Positions 46,146-54,642 of a DNA stretch of 64,000 nucleotides are shown here, one piece after another. The notes under the pieces are model-generated. The model did not search any database and had not been told where the DNA came from. It was given only the letters and a program-made list of their open reading frames with translations. Position 1 is the first letter of the stretch, and the number at the start of each line of letters is the position of its first letter. The position numbers were made by a program, and so were the translations under genes. The DNA lies in assembly GCA_965267575.1 (NCBI GenBank), contig OZ254086.1, positions 896,001 to 960,000 of the forward strand, written 5' to 3'. The stretch is from Calditrichales bacterium (GTDB lineage Bacteria > Calditrichota > Calditrichia > Calditrichales > J004).

Positions 46146-49100
46146 ATGGGGTATGTCGTTATTCTCTTATTCTGTGTCTTTTCTTCCCTTTTTGCTGCGC
46201 GAGCTGTAGAAAATAAAAATCTTCGTTCAAATAGTGACATAAAATTAGATACCCATACTACTTCCAAAACAAATAAAAATATACGCATAAGAGCAAAACG
46301 GCTCATCCCGGAGAAAGGACCAACACCACAGAATGTTTTACAAATGGTCCAGGATAAAAAAGGGTATTTATGGTTCGGAACGCCACATGGGCTTTTAAAA
46401 TATGATGGTTATACAATCACTAAATATCTTCACGATCCGGATAATCCAAATAGTATAAGTGATAACTTTATTAATTCAATGATTGTTAGCAGAAGTGGTG
46501 ATCTGTGGATTGGAACGCAAAATGGACTAAATAGATACGATTCAGAAAATAATAACTTCACTTCATATTATCCTGGTTCAAAAAACAGCAAAAGTTTAGA
46601 TAATTTGATTCATTTAATATTTGAAGACAACAATGGTCTCTTTTGGATTGGTACTCAGGGAGGAATATATCAATTCTTTCCCAAAGGAGGGGTTTTTAAT
46701 CGTTCTCTTTTTCGCGGACGGGCAATAGCTGAGGGTAAAACAGGTATCTTATGGTTTGGTGGTGATGAAGGCTTAAGCAAATATGAGCGGAAAAACAAAA
46801 AATACCACCATTATTTGCCCGAACCTGATACTTCTGAACTCAACAATAATCATGTTTGGACTTTATTTGTTGACAAAAAGGATGTTTTGTGGGTTGGGAC
46901 GCGCTCGGGCTTATTGCGTTTAGAAAAAGACGATTTTGGAAATGAAAAATTTATTAGGGCTACACCTAAAAACAATAGATTATATAATTATCCAACCAAT
47001 ATTGTACAATCCATTTATGAAGACAATAAGGGAATAATGTGGTTCCCAAGCGGTACTGGACTTTATCGATATGATAGAAAATCAGATAAAAAACCGAAAA
47101 AGATTGAACTAGAGTTTGATAGCGCCCAGGCAAACGAATCAATCTTATGGGAATCGGTCTTATGGACTGTTTTGGAAGATAATGCGGGGAATTTCTGGAT
47201 TGCAACAAATAAAGGGGTATACAAAGCTGATAAAAAATATCCACATATTGCCAGTTATGATCCTGAAGCTGAAAATAAAAACAGTCTGAGTAATAGCAGA
47301 GTCACTGATATTGTTGAAGACAGGGATGGTATATTATGGATCGGAACGAATGATGGTTTGAATAGATTTGACCGTAGGAGAAATGAATGGAAACACTTTT
47401 TTTCCGAACCAGGTAATTCCAATAGTTTATCATTTAACTATATAACATGCCTCGGCATTGACTCGTCTGATTATATCTGGGTTGGTACCTATAATGGAGG
47501 ATTAAATCGTTTTGATCCTCAAAAAAATGAATGGAAACAGTATGGTGCAAGAAATGACCCTGACGGTGAGATTTACTACTGGATTCATTCTATTAATGTC
47601 AGCAGAGATAATACTCTCTGGGTTGGTACATGGCATGGGGTTTTAAACAAATATGATCGTCAAAAAGATACTTTTGTTCAATATAAATATAATCCAAAAG
47701 ACACAAACTCGATAAGTAAGGCAGCAGCCATACAAGTTATTTTTGAGGATTCATTTGGGATACTTTGGTTGGGAACACATGCTGGGATTCTAAATAGTTT
47801 TGATCCGGTCCGAAATGAATTTAAGTATTATCAAAATGAATCGGGAAATTCAAAAAGTCTGAGTAATAACTCTATTGATGTTTTATATGAAGACAGTAAT
47901 AAAATGCTTTGGATTGGAACACGCAATGGATTAAACCGACTGGATTTGAATGAGCTCAATGAAGGAAATAATAAGCCGGAATTTGACCGCTTTCTTAAGG
48001 GTACTTGGGTTAGCGGGATTCTGGAAGACGATGAAGGGCATATCTGGATTAATTCTGGATTAAATGATTTAAAATTTTCAAAGCTAAATCCAAAAACAGG
48101 ACTTTTCATAGACTACAGTTATCTTTTTGAAAGTCCGCCGCAATTATTTTATAAAAGTAAAACTAGCGGTGAATTTTTTGCTGGGGGTAAAGGATTAAAA
48201 ATATTTCATCCTTTTAAAATAGAAAAAGATCAATTTAACGCGAATGTAGTATTTGCTGATTTTCAAATTTTTAATAAATCGGTCTCTGTCGCAGGTAACA
48301 TGTTAAAACGAGACATCAGAAGTGAAACTGAATACGTACTGGAAAAGACGTTAGATGCCACAAAAAAAATAGTATTATCTCACAAAGAAAGGGTTTTCGC
48401 TTTTGAATTTGCTGCTCTTCACTATTCGGATCCGGCAAAGAACCAATATGCTTATAAACTGGAGGGCTTTGATAAAGAGTGGAATTACATAGGAACACGG
48501 CGATATGTCTCATTCAATAATATACCTGCCGGAGAATATATATTCCGGGTAAAAGCATCAAACAACGAAGGTGTTTGGAACGAAAAAGGCACATCTGTTA
48601 AGATTATAATTACGCCCCCCTGGTGGAAAACCTGGTGGGCATACAGTTTGTATATTCTAACTCTCATTGGTCTGTTTTTTAGTATTCGTAGCTATGAACT
48701 TAACCGTCAAAGACTTAAACATAATTTGGAACTTGAACACCTTGAAGCCGAAAAACTCAAGGAAGTAGATAATTTAAAATCCCGCTTCTTTGCCAGTATC
48801 TCTCATGAATTCAGGACACCGCTTACCCTGATTAAAGGCCCTGTTGAAAGGTTGTTAAAACAGATCTGGAATAAAGATCAAAAGACCGATTTAAAACGTA
48901 TTTATGATAATGCAAAACGCATGAATAAACTGGTAGAGATGTACCTGGATCTGTCACGTTTGGAGAGCGGCAATCTGTCTTTACAAAAAGAAGAGTGCGA
49001 CATTGTTCCATTAACTAAATCCATTGCTGCGTCTTTCGAATCTATGGCAGAAGCCGCACAGATTAAGCTTGATTCAGATGCATATGTTGCTTCGGCCATT

Positions 49101-50303
49101 TGTTCAGTGGATGTGCAAAAATTTGAAATGATCTTAATTAATTTACTTTCAAACGCCATAAAATTTACACGGGAAGGTGGCTCAATTAATCTATTAATTG
49201 CTTCTCATCATGATAATGAAATCGCTATAGATATCTCTGACAGCGGAATAGGAATCGCTCCTGAGCAGCTTAACCGCATTTTCGAAATGTATTACCAGGT
49301 AGAAAATGATATCAATAAAAAAGTAAGTGGAACAGGAATTGGATTAGCAATGGCCAGGGAGTTAATTCAAATGCATGATGGTAAAATTGAAGTTGAAAGC
49401 TCTCCCGGTCAAGGGACTAAATTTAAAATAAGACTCCCGGCCATCCGGACTGATAAAGTTCCTTTTGATCAGCCCGTGAACAGCGGCCAAAAGTCAGTTA
49501 AACCAGGAAAAGCAGAGTCCCAAAAAGCCGATACGAAAATAAGATCAGATAAAGAGCTGATTTTAATCGTGGAAGATAACCATCAAATGTGTGAATATAT
49601 AAAAAGTCATTTGGAAAATGACTATCGGACAAAACTTGCAAATAATGGTAAGAATGGACTTGCAGCTGCACTAAAAATAAATCCGGCTTTAATAATAAGT
49701 GATGTTATGATGCCGGAAATGGATGGATATCAGTTATGCCGGGAATTAAAGACGAATGAGCTGACAAGCCATATCCCGGTTATCTTGTTGACAGCCAAAG
49801 CAGAAAAGAAAGACAAATTCGCCGGCCTTCAGATAGGTGCCGACGATTATTTAGTTAAACCCTTTGATTCGCAGGAATTACAACTACGAGTAAAAAACCT
49901 TATTGAGCAACGCCGGAGGCTGCGTGAAAAATTCATGAAGACCATAACAGTAAATCCTACAGAAATTGCGGTATCTTCTGCGGATGAAGTTTTTCTGCAA
50001 AAAGTAATTCATATTGTGGAAGAAAACATGGAAAACAGCGCCTTTGATACGGCCAGTTTTGCCAAAGCAAGCGCTTTGAGCCGGGGACACCTCAATACGA
50101 AATTAAAAGCACTAACCGGTCTTGCCAGCCATGAATTTATCCGCCAAATACGCCTAAAAAGGGCTGCCCAGCTTCTTAAGAAAAAAGCCGGTAATATTTC
50201 TGAAATAGCCTACCAGGTTGGATTTAACAGCCCGTCCCACTTCTCAAAGGCATTTAAAGGTACATTTGGAACCCTGCCAAGCGAATATGAGGCAGGTGCT
50301 TAA
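46146..50303 (+). CDS. Hybrid two-component system (Reg_prop/Y_Y_Y sensor, HisKA, HATPase, REC, AraC HTH)
   Basis: Repeated ED..G.LWIGT..GLNR blades; YAYKLEGFD; PPWWKTWWAY; SHEFRTPL; SDVMMP; AYQVGFNSPSHFS. Confidence 0.95.
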   Translation: MGYVVILLFCVFSSLFAARAVENKNLRSNSDIKLDTHTTSKTNKNIRIRAKRLIPEKGPTPQNVLQMVQDKKGYLWFGTPHGLLKYDGYTITKYLHDPDNPNSISDNFINSMIVSRSGDLWIGTQNGLNRYDSENNNFTSYYPGSKNSKSLDNLIHLIFEDNNGLFWIGTQGGIYQFFPKGGVFNRSLFRGRAIAEGKTGILWFGGDEGLSKYERKNKKYHHYLPEPDTSELNNNHVWTLFVDKKDVLWVGTRSGLLRLEKDDFGNEKFIRATPKNNRLYNYPTNIVQSIYEDNKGIMWFPSGTGLYRYDRKSDKKPKKIELEFDSAQANESILWESVLWTVLEDNAGNFWIATNKGVYKADKKYPHIASYDPEAENKNSLSNSRVTDIVEDRDGILWIGTNDGLNRFDRRRNEWKHFFSEPGNSNSLSFNYITCLGIDSSDYIWVGTYNGGLNRFDPQKNEWKQYGARNDPDGEIYYWIHSINVSRDNTLWVGTWHGVLNKYDRQKDTFVQYKYNPKDTNSISKAAAIQVIFEDSFGILWLGTHAGILNSFDPVRNEFKYYQNESGNSKSLSNNSIDVLYEDSNKMLWIGTRNGLNRLDLNELNEGNNKPEFDRFLKGTWVSGILEDDEGHIWINSGLNDLKFSKLNPKTGLFIDYSYLFESPPQLFYKSKTSGEFFAGGKGLKIFHPFKIEKDQFNANVVFADFQIFNKSVSVAGNMLKRDIRSETEYVLEKTLDATKKIVLSHKERVFAFEFAALHYSDPAKNQYAYKLEGFDKEWNYIGTRRYVSFNNIPAGEYIFRVKASNNEGVWNEKGTSVKIIITPPWWKTWWAYSLYILTLIGLFFSIRSYELNRQRLKHNLELEHLEAEKLKEVDNLKSRFFASISHEFRTPLTLIKGPVERLLKQIWNKDQKTDLKRIYDNAKRMNKLVEMYLDLSRLESGNLSLQKEECDIVPLTKSIAASFESMAEAAQIKLDSDAYVASAICSVDVQKFEMILINLLSNAIKFTREGGSINLLIASHHDNEIAIDISDSGIGIAPEQLNRIFEMYYQVENDINKKVSGTGIGLAMARELIQMHDGKIEVESSPGQGTKFKIRLPAIRTDKVPFDQPVNSGQKSVKPGKAESQKADTKIRSDKELILIVEDNHQMCEYIKSHLENDYRTKLANNGKNGLAAALKINPALIISDVMMPEMDGYQLCRELKTNELTSHIPVILLTAKAEKKDKFAGLQIGADDYLVKPFDSQELQLRVKNLIEQRRRLREKFMKTITVNPTEIAVSSADEVFLQKVIHIVEENMENSAFDTASFAKASALSRGHLNTKLKALTGLASHEFIRQIRLKRAAQLLKKKAGNISEIAYQVGFNSPSHFSKAFKGTFGTLPSEYEAGA

Positions 50304-50382
50304 AAATACGCCTTAGAAACTAAGAATTCTTACGCCAGCGCTTAAAATTCCTACAACAGCGCTAACACTCCTTAAATTCACG
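50299..50382 (+). promoter_or_regulatory. Direct repeats with 21-bp period, candidate HTCS/AraC operator
   Basis: CTAAGAATTCTTACGCCAGCG (50320) and CTTAAAATTCCTACAACAGCG (50341), with weaker units at 50299 and 50362. Confidence 0.6.
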
Positions 50383-50521
50383 CTCTATTATAAACACAAT
50401 TAAAAAGTGGATATAATCCTGGCTAAATCGGCCCGCAACCTGATTATGTATTCATTGTATTAACGTTCCGGCCAAAGGTTTTTCCAATTGTGTTATCTAA
50501 ACCAACCCGCGGAGGTGTCGT

Positions 50522-51871
50522 ATGGTACGCTTTTTTTACTTTTTAATCGCCGTTCTGTTTTTTTCTGCTTTGGGCAATACAAATTGTTTTGCCCAAAAAG
50601 AATGGTCCAGACATTCTGAGCCTGTGCTTGAAGGTGGTGATGTCAAAACCTGGAACCATCACCTGATGTGGGCAACTGTAATTTTTAATCCGGATGCCAT
50701 TCGTTATGAAATGTGGTTTACGGCAACTTCCGCGGAAACTGAAAGCTGGAGGCCTATGCATATCGGCTTTGCCACCTCTTTTGACGGTATATCCTGGACC
50801 GTGCACCCGGAGCCGGTTTTGGAACCCAGCGCGGAAGGATGGGATATGTGGACGGTTGAAGAGCCGGCCGTAATTAGGGAAAGACTGCCTAATGCCGTTA
50901 TATACAAAATGTGGTACAGCGCCAGCAGTGAGTTTGATGATGTCTTTAAAATCGGATACGCCACATCAACTGATGGGATAAATTGGGTAAAGGATACGCT
51001 AAATAATCCGGTAATGGTGCCCGGATCGGACGCCTGGCAAGTTCAGGGTTTTTCTTCGGCGTACGTAATAAAAGGTGAAGATGGCTATAAAATGTGGTAT
51101 ACAGGCTGGAGCAAAGATTGGGTTTTTTCAAACATCGGATATGCTACATCCGAAGACGGTATTAGCTGGATGCCTGACTCCGTAAACAACCCCGTAATAA
51201 AAAAAGGTAAAACCCTAAGTTGGGATGATGGAGCTGTTGGCGATCCTGTCGTAATCCTTATAGATACTGTATACCATATGTGGTTCTGCGGAAAAAGGCC
51301 AAACGAAGGTGGCCCCTGGCAAACGGGCTGGGCGACCTCGGATGATGGTATTCATTGGAAAAAATTCAATGACAGCACCACAACTACGCCTTCATATGCC
51401 GACAGCGATCCAGTATTAAAACGAGACGACGCGATTGGTAAATGGGATGAAAGGAATACTGTTCCAGGCACTGTTTTTTTTGATCAGGCAACAAAAACGT
51501 TTCGAATGTGGTATAACGGAAAAACAATTGGAGATACATGGAAAATAGGCTATGCCGAAACAATTGTTACAGATATTGAAGGAAACGATTTCACGTCTAT
51601 ACCGGGTGTCTTTTCTCTACAACAAAACTATCCCAATCCGTTCAACCCAACAACTACTATTTCTTACCAGCTACCCAAAATCAGCCGTGTAGATTTAAGT
51701 GTTTACAACCTTCTGGGACAAAAGGTGGCCACGCTTGTTAATAAAAAACAACCGGCGGGTAGTTATACGGTAGAGTTTGATGGTGGCAAATTGGCCAGTG
51801 GCGTCTATTATTATGTACTGGAGACAGATGCGGGTTTTAAGCAAAGCAGAAAATTATTGCTGCTAAAATAG
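50522..51871 (+). CDS. Secreted beta-propeller glycoside hydrolase-like protein (GH32/43/117/130-type fold) with T9SS CTD
   Basis: GGAGG RBS; signal peptide; repeated YxMWY..IGYATSxDGIxW..NPV units; QNYPNPFNP...RKLLLLK. Confidence 0.8.
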   Translation: MVRFFYFLIAVLFFSALGNTNCFAQKEWSRHSEPVLEGGDVKTWNHHLMWATVIFNPDAIRYEMWFTATSAETESWRPMHIGFATSFDGISWTVHPEPVLEPSAEGWDMWTVEEPAVIRERLPNAVIYKMWYSASSEFDDVFKIGYATSTDGINWVKDTLNNPVMVPGSDAWQVQGFSSAYVIKGEDGYKMWYTGWSKDWVFSNIGYATSEDGISWMPDSVNNPVIKKGKTLSWDDGAVGDPVVILIDTVYHMWFCGKRPNEGGPWQTGWATSDDGIHWKKFNDSTTTTPSYADSDPVLKRDDAIGKWDERNTVPGTVFFDQATKTFRMWYNGKTIGDTWKIGYAETIVTDIEGNDFTSIPGVFSLQQNYPNPFNPTTTISYQLPKISRVDLSVYNLLGQKVATLVNKKQPAGSYTVEFDGGKLASGVYYYVLETDAGFKQSRKLLLLK

Positions 51872-52045
51872 TAAAACAGCCGGTCTATTGTTCTGCCATT
51901 CCGGTCTGATTTTCAGGCAACCCGGGATTCATGTGTCCGCGGTGTTGTGGATCCCGGGCCAAGGAATGGGCGATGAAAGACGGGGATCGAGCCTATCTTT
52001 CCAAATGCGGAGGCTTTTTCAAATTTTATAAACTGGGGGGAAAGA

Positions 52046-52870
52046 ATGATTTCTTTTTTTAACTACCTTCCGACAAAATCCGTTACCCGAATATGGCACG
52101 GTCAATTAGTAGCGGCTTTTATGATTTTGGCAACCGCTGTTGTCTTCATAATGCCCAAAGCAAGTCTTGGACAAACAGACTGGACGAGATTCGAAAGCAA
52201 CCCGGTACTTGACGTCGGTGCGGATGGCGCCTGGGACGATGGAGGGGTTTGGCATCATACCGTGCTGTTTCATAACGATGAATATCATCTTTGGTATACC
52301 AATTCAAACGCAACGGCTATTGGCTACGCAAGGTCATCTGACAAAATAAACTGGATAAAGGATGCATCAAATCCTGTTCTTGAAAGCGACCCGGTTCTAT
52401 TGCCGGGACCTTCCGGAAGCTGGGATGACGCAGATCCAAGCCAGTCCAAAATATTATTCGACGGCACGACTTTTCACATGTGGTATATTGGACGCGGTGG
52501 TAGCAGCGACAATAAATGGCGGATAGGATATGCAACCGCCCCTTTGGATACACTGACCACTGTGCTCTACAAAAGTGCCTATTATGCAGCACGTGGCTTT
52601 TCAAAGGAACAGAATTACCCGAACCCATTCAACCCATATACCACGATACAATATAGTCTAGCCAAACCTGAACACGTTTCAATTAAAATCTATAATCTTG
52701 CCGGACAAGATATAACAACTCTTGTAGACAAAAAACAACTAGCCGGGCATCACGGGGTTATCTGGCAACCTGCGGATTTGCCAAGCGGAATCTACATATA
52801 TCGCATGCAAATCCAAGAGTATATTATCAACAAAGATGATTCTACTCAAGTAGGCTTAAACTTTTATTAA
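52046..52870 (+). pseudogene. Decayed paralog of the upstream propeller glycosidase (internal deletion, frameshifted CTD)
   Basis: About two repeat units only, with the junction NPVLE|SDPVL; the expected terminus TKMILLK* is out of frame (TAG at 52851-52853). Confidence 0.7.
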
Positions 52871-52985
52871 TTGGGGTAGTAGCGGATCGTTGAGAAATGT
52901 GTTCAGGGTATTTAAGCTACGTAAATGCCGGATTACGAAGCAGTATCTTAACTGCGCAAAGATTCTGTTTGTCAATCCTGGCGAG

Positions 52986-53072
52986 AGGGAGTCTATTTTA
53001 GGCTCCCTTTTTTATTTCTGCTATCATGGTAACCGGAAAGATTCCCGCCCCCTCCGGAAAGTGGCGAGTTCG
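52986..53072 (+). repeat. Right direct repeat: terminator plus degenerate tRNA-like sequence
   Basis: Shares 9-nt and 22-nt identical blocks with 45780-45815, with further similarity to 45867. Confidence 0.8.
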
Positions 53073-53162
53073 GAAAATTGATTGAGAGGTTGGTATCGAA
53101 GCGGCTCACCAGAAATGCCTGCTTATGGCAAAGTGTAGGTAAGATAAAATCAGCTTCTTATC

Positions 53163-53600
53163 TTATTTTCTTCCGCTCTTTATATCCGTATAAATCTCAT
53201 CCGAATGCACAGTCGTAAAATATTTATTCATGGCATTATTGTATGCCTCGCGCGCTTCCTCTGTGGCCCATGCCTCCTCAAAAAGCTCGTTATTGCGCTC
53301 ATTGGCTTTGTTTACATCCTCGAAAGACTTAAGCCCGTAGATAACCAGATAATCACGGCTGTCGTTGCCCCACAAGTGGCGTACATTGCGGTGCCATAAA
53401 ATATGCTCGTTCTTTTTGATAACCTTATCGGTGTAAAGCTGGTTGAGCGAATCAAATTCAGCATTTGATCCATCGTCGGGAAAGGCCAGTTGCAGCTTGG
53501 TTATCACAACAACCTCATTATCCGATGGTTGCTGCGCCAGGAGGTTGGTAAAACACAAAAGAAATAAAAGAACTACGATGGAGTGAGTCAAGGTCTTCAT
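53163..53600 (-). CDS. Exported hypothetical protein (145 aa)
   Basis: Signal peptide, AGGGGG RBS and a HSDEIY C-terminal motif. Confidence 0.75.
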   Translation of the reverse strand: MKTLTHSIVVLLFLLCFTNLLAQQPSDNEVVVITKLQLAFPDDGSNAEFDSLNQLYTDKVIKKNEHILWHRNVRHLWGNDSRDYLVIYGLKSFEDVNKANERNNELFEEAWATEEAREAYNNAMNKYFTTVHSDEIYTDIKSGRK

Positions 53601-53747
53601 GAAGCCCCCTAAGTAAAGGTGTGTAGACCATAAGCAGGCAAGAAAGGCCGCATATTAGACCCACACCAGCATCATGTCAACATTGCGCATTAGTTCACAT
53701 AAGCGGGGCTGAATCCTGTCAATCTCCGGGGTCAAAAAGGGGTATGC

Positions 53748-54170
53748 TTATTTTACGGTTTTGCTCTCACTAAGAGCTTCCGCAGGGCGCATAGGGCTGA
53801 CCTCGCAACCTAGCATCTGCATACAGCGCAGGAGCTGTTCGATGTGAAATGGTTTTGGAAGGATAAAATCCGCGCCGAGTTGACGCGCCATTTTTAAATA
53901 CATGATGGAATTATGGTTGGAGCCGCCGCCGGATATTGCAAGAATCTTTTTATCGGAGCCCGCTTCCTTTATCTCCTGTATAAATTCAAGACCGTCCTTT
54001 TCCGGCATAACGATATCGAGGACGATATAGTCCGGTTCATGGCTGTTATAGAGTTTTGCGCCCTGCTCACCGTCAAAAGCGGTAATTACTTCATGACCCT
54101 GTTTTTCAAGCAGTTTTTCCAGCAGATGGCAAAGCTGATGATCGTCCTCAACAATTAGAATCTTACTCAT
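53748..54170 (-). CDS. Single-domain response regulator (CheY-like)
   Basis: ILIVEDD, LDIVMPEKDG, ISGGG and LPKPF. Confidence 0.92.
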   Translation of the reverse strand: MSKILIVEDDHQLCHLLEKLLEKQGHEVITAFDGEQGAKLYNSHEPDYIVLDIVMPEKDGLEFIQEIKEAGSDKKILAISGGGSNHNSIMYLKMARQLGADFILPKPFHIEQLLRCMQMLGCEVSPMRPAEALSESKTVK

Positions 54171-54261
54171 TACAAAACTCCGTTTTTTTTCTATTCCTAT
54201 TAACGACCATCTCTATTATAACCCTTAGCCCGCTTTGTATCTGCGGTCAAAAACAAGGCGA

Positions 54262-54642
54262 TCAGTTTCCGGCAGGGTGTCCCAGCATGGAAAGACAGCG
54301 CAGTATCTGCTCCATGTGAAAAGGTTTGGGCAGAATAAAATCCGCCCCCAGAGCGCGCGCCGCTTTTAGATAGGAGATGGAACTATTGTGTGCCCCGCCA
54401 CCGGATATCGCCAGAATCTTCGTCGTGCTCTTTTTATCGCGCAGGCTCTGAATAAACTCCAGGCCGTCTTTCTCGGGCATCACTATATCTGTAATAACCA
54501 CGTCAAATTCGTTTTCACGATACAGCTTTTCTGCTTCAAGCCCGTTCTCGGCACTTAAAACGGTATAGCCCTCACCACGCAGTATGTGTGACAGAAGACT
54601 ATTCATCTGCGGTTCGTCTTCGACAATTAAAATCTTGCTCAT
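54262..54642 (-). CDS. Single-domain response regulator (CheY-like), paralog of the previous gene
   Basis: ILIVEDE, TDIVMPEKDG, ISGGG and LPKPF. Confidence 0.92.
   Translation of the reverse strand: MSKILIVEDEPQMNSLLSHILRGEGYTVLSAENGLEAEKLYRENEFDVVITDIVMPEKDGLEFIQSLRDKKSTTKILAISGGGAHNSSISYLKAARALGADFILPKPFHMEQILRCLSMLGHPAGN

Larger units (their letters stand above)
45878..52985. mobile_element. AT-rich genomic islet downstream of tRNA-Asp (no integrase)
   Basis: Visibly more AT-rich than the flanks, bounded by direct repeats and adjacent to a tRNA. Confidence 0.6.

Noticed and set aside
51890-51970. GC-rich hairpin CCCGGGATTC...GGATCCCGGG
   Set aside because: Single degenerate copy; a REP remnant, terminator or ncRNA cannot be distinguished.
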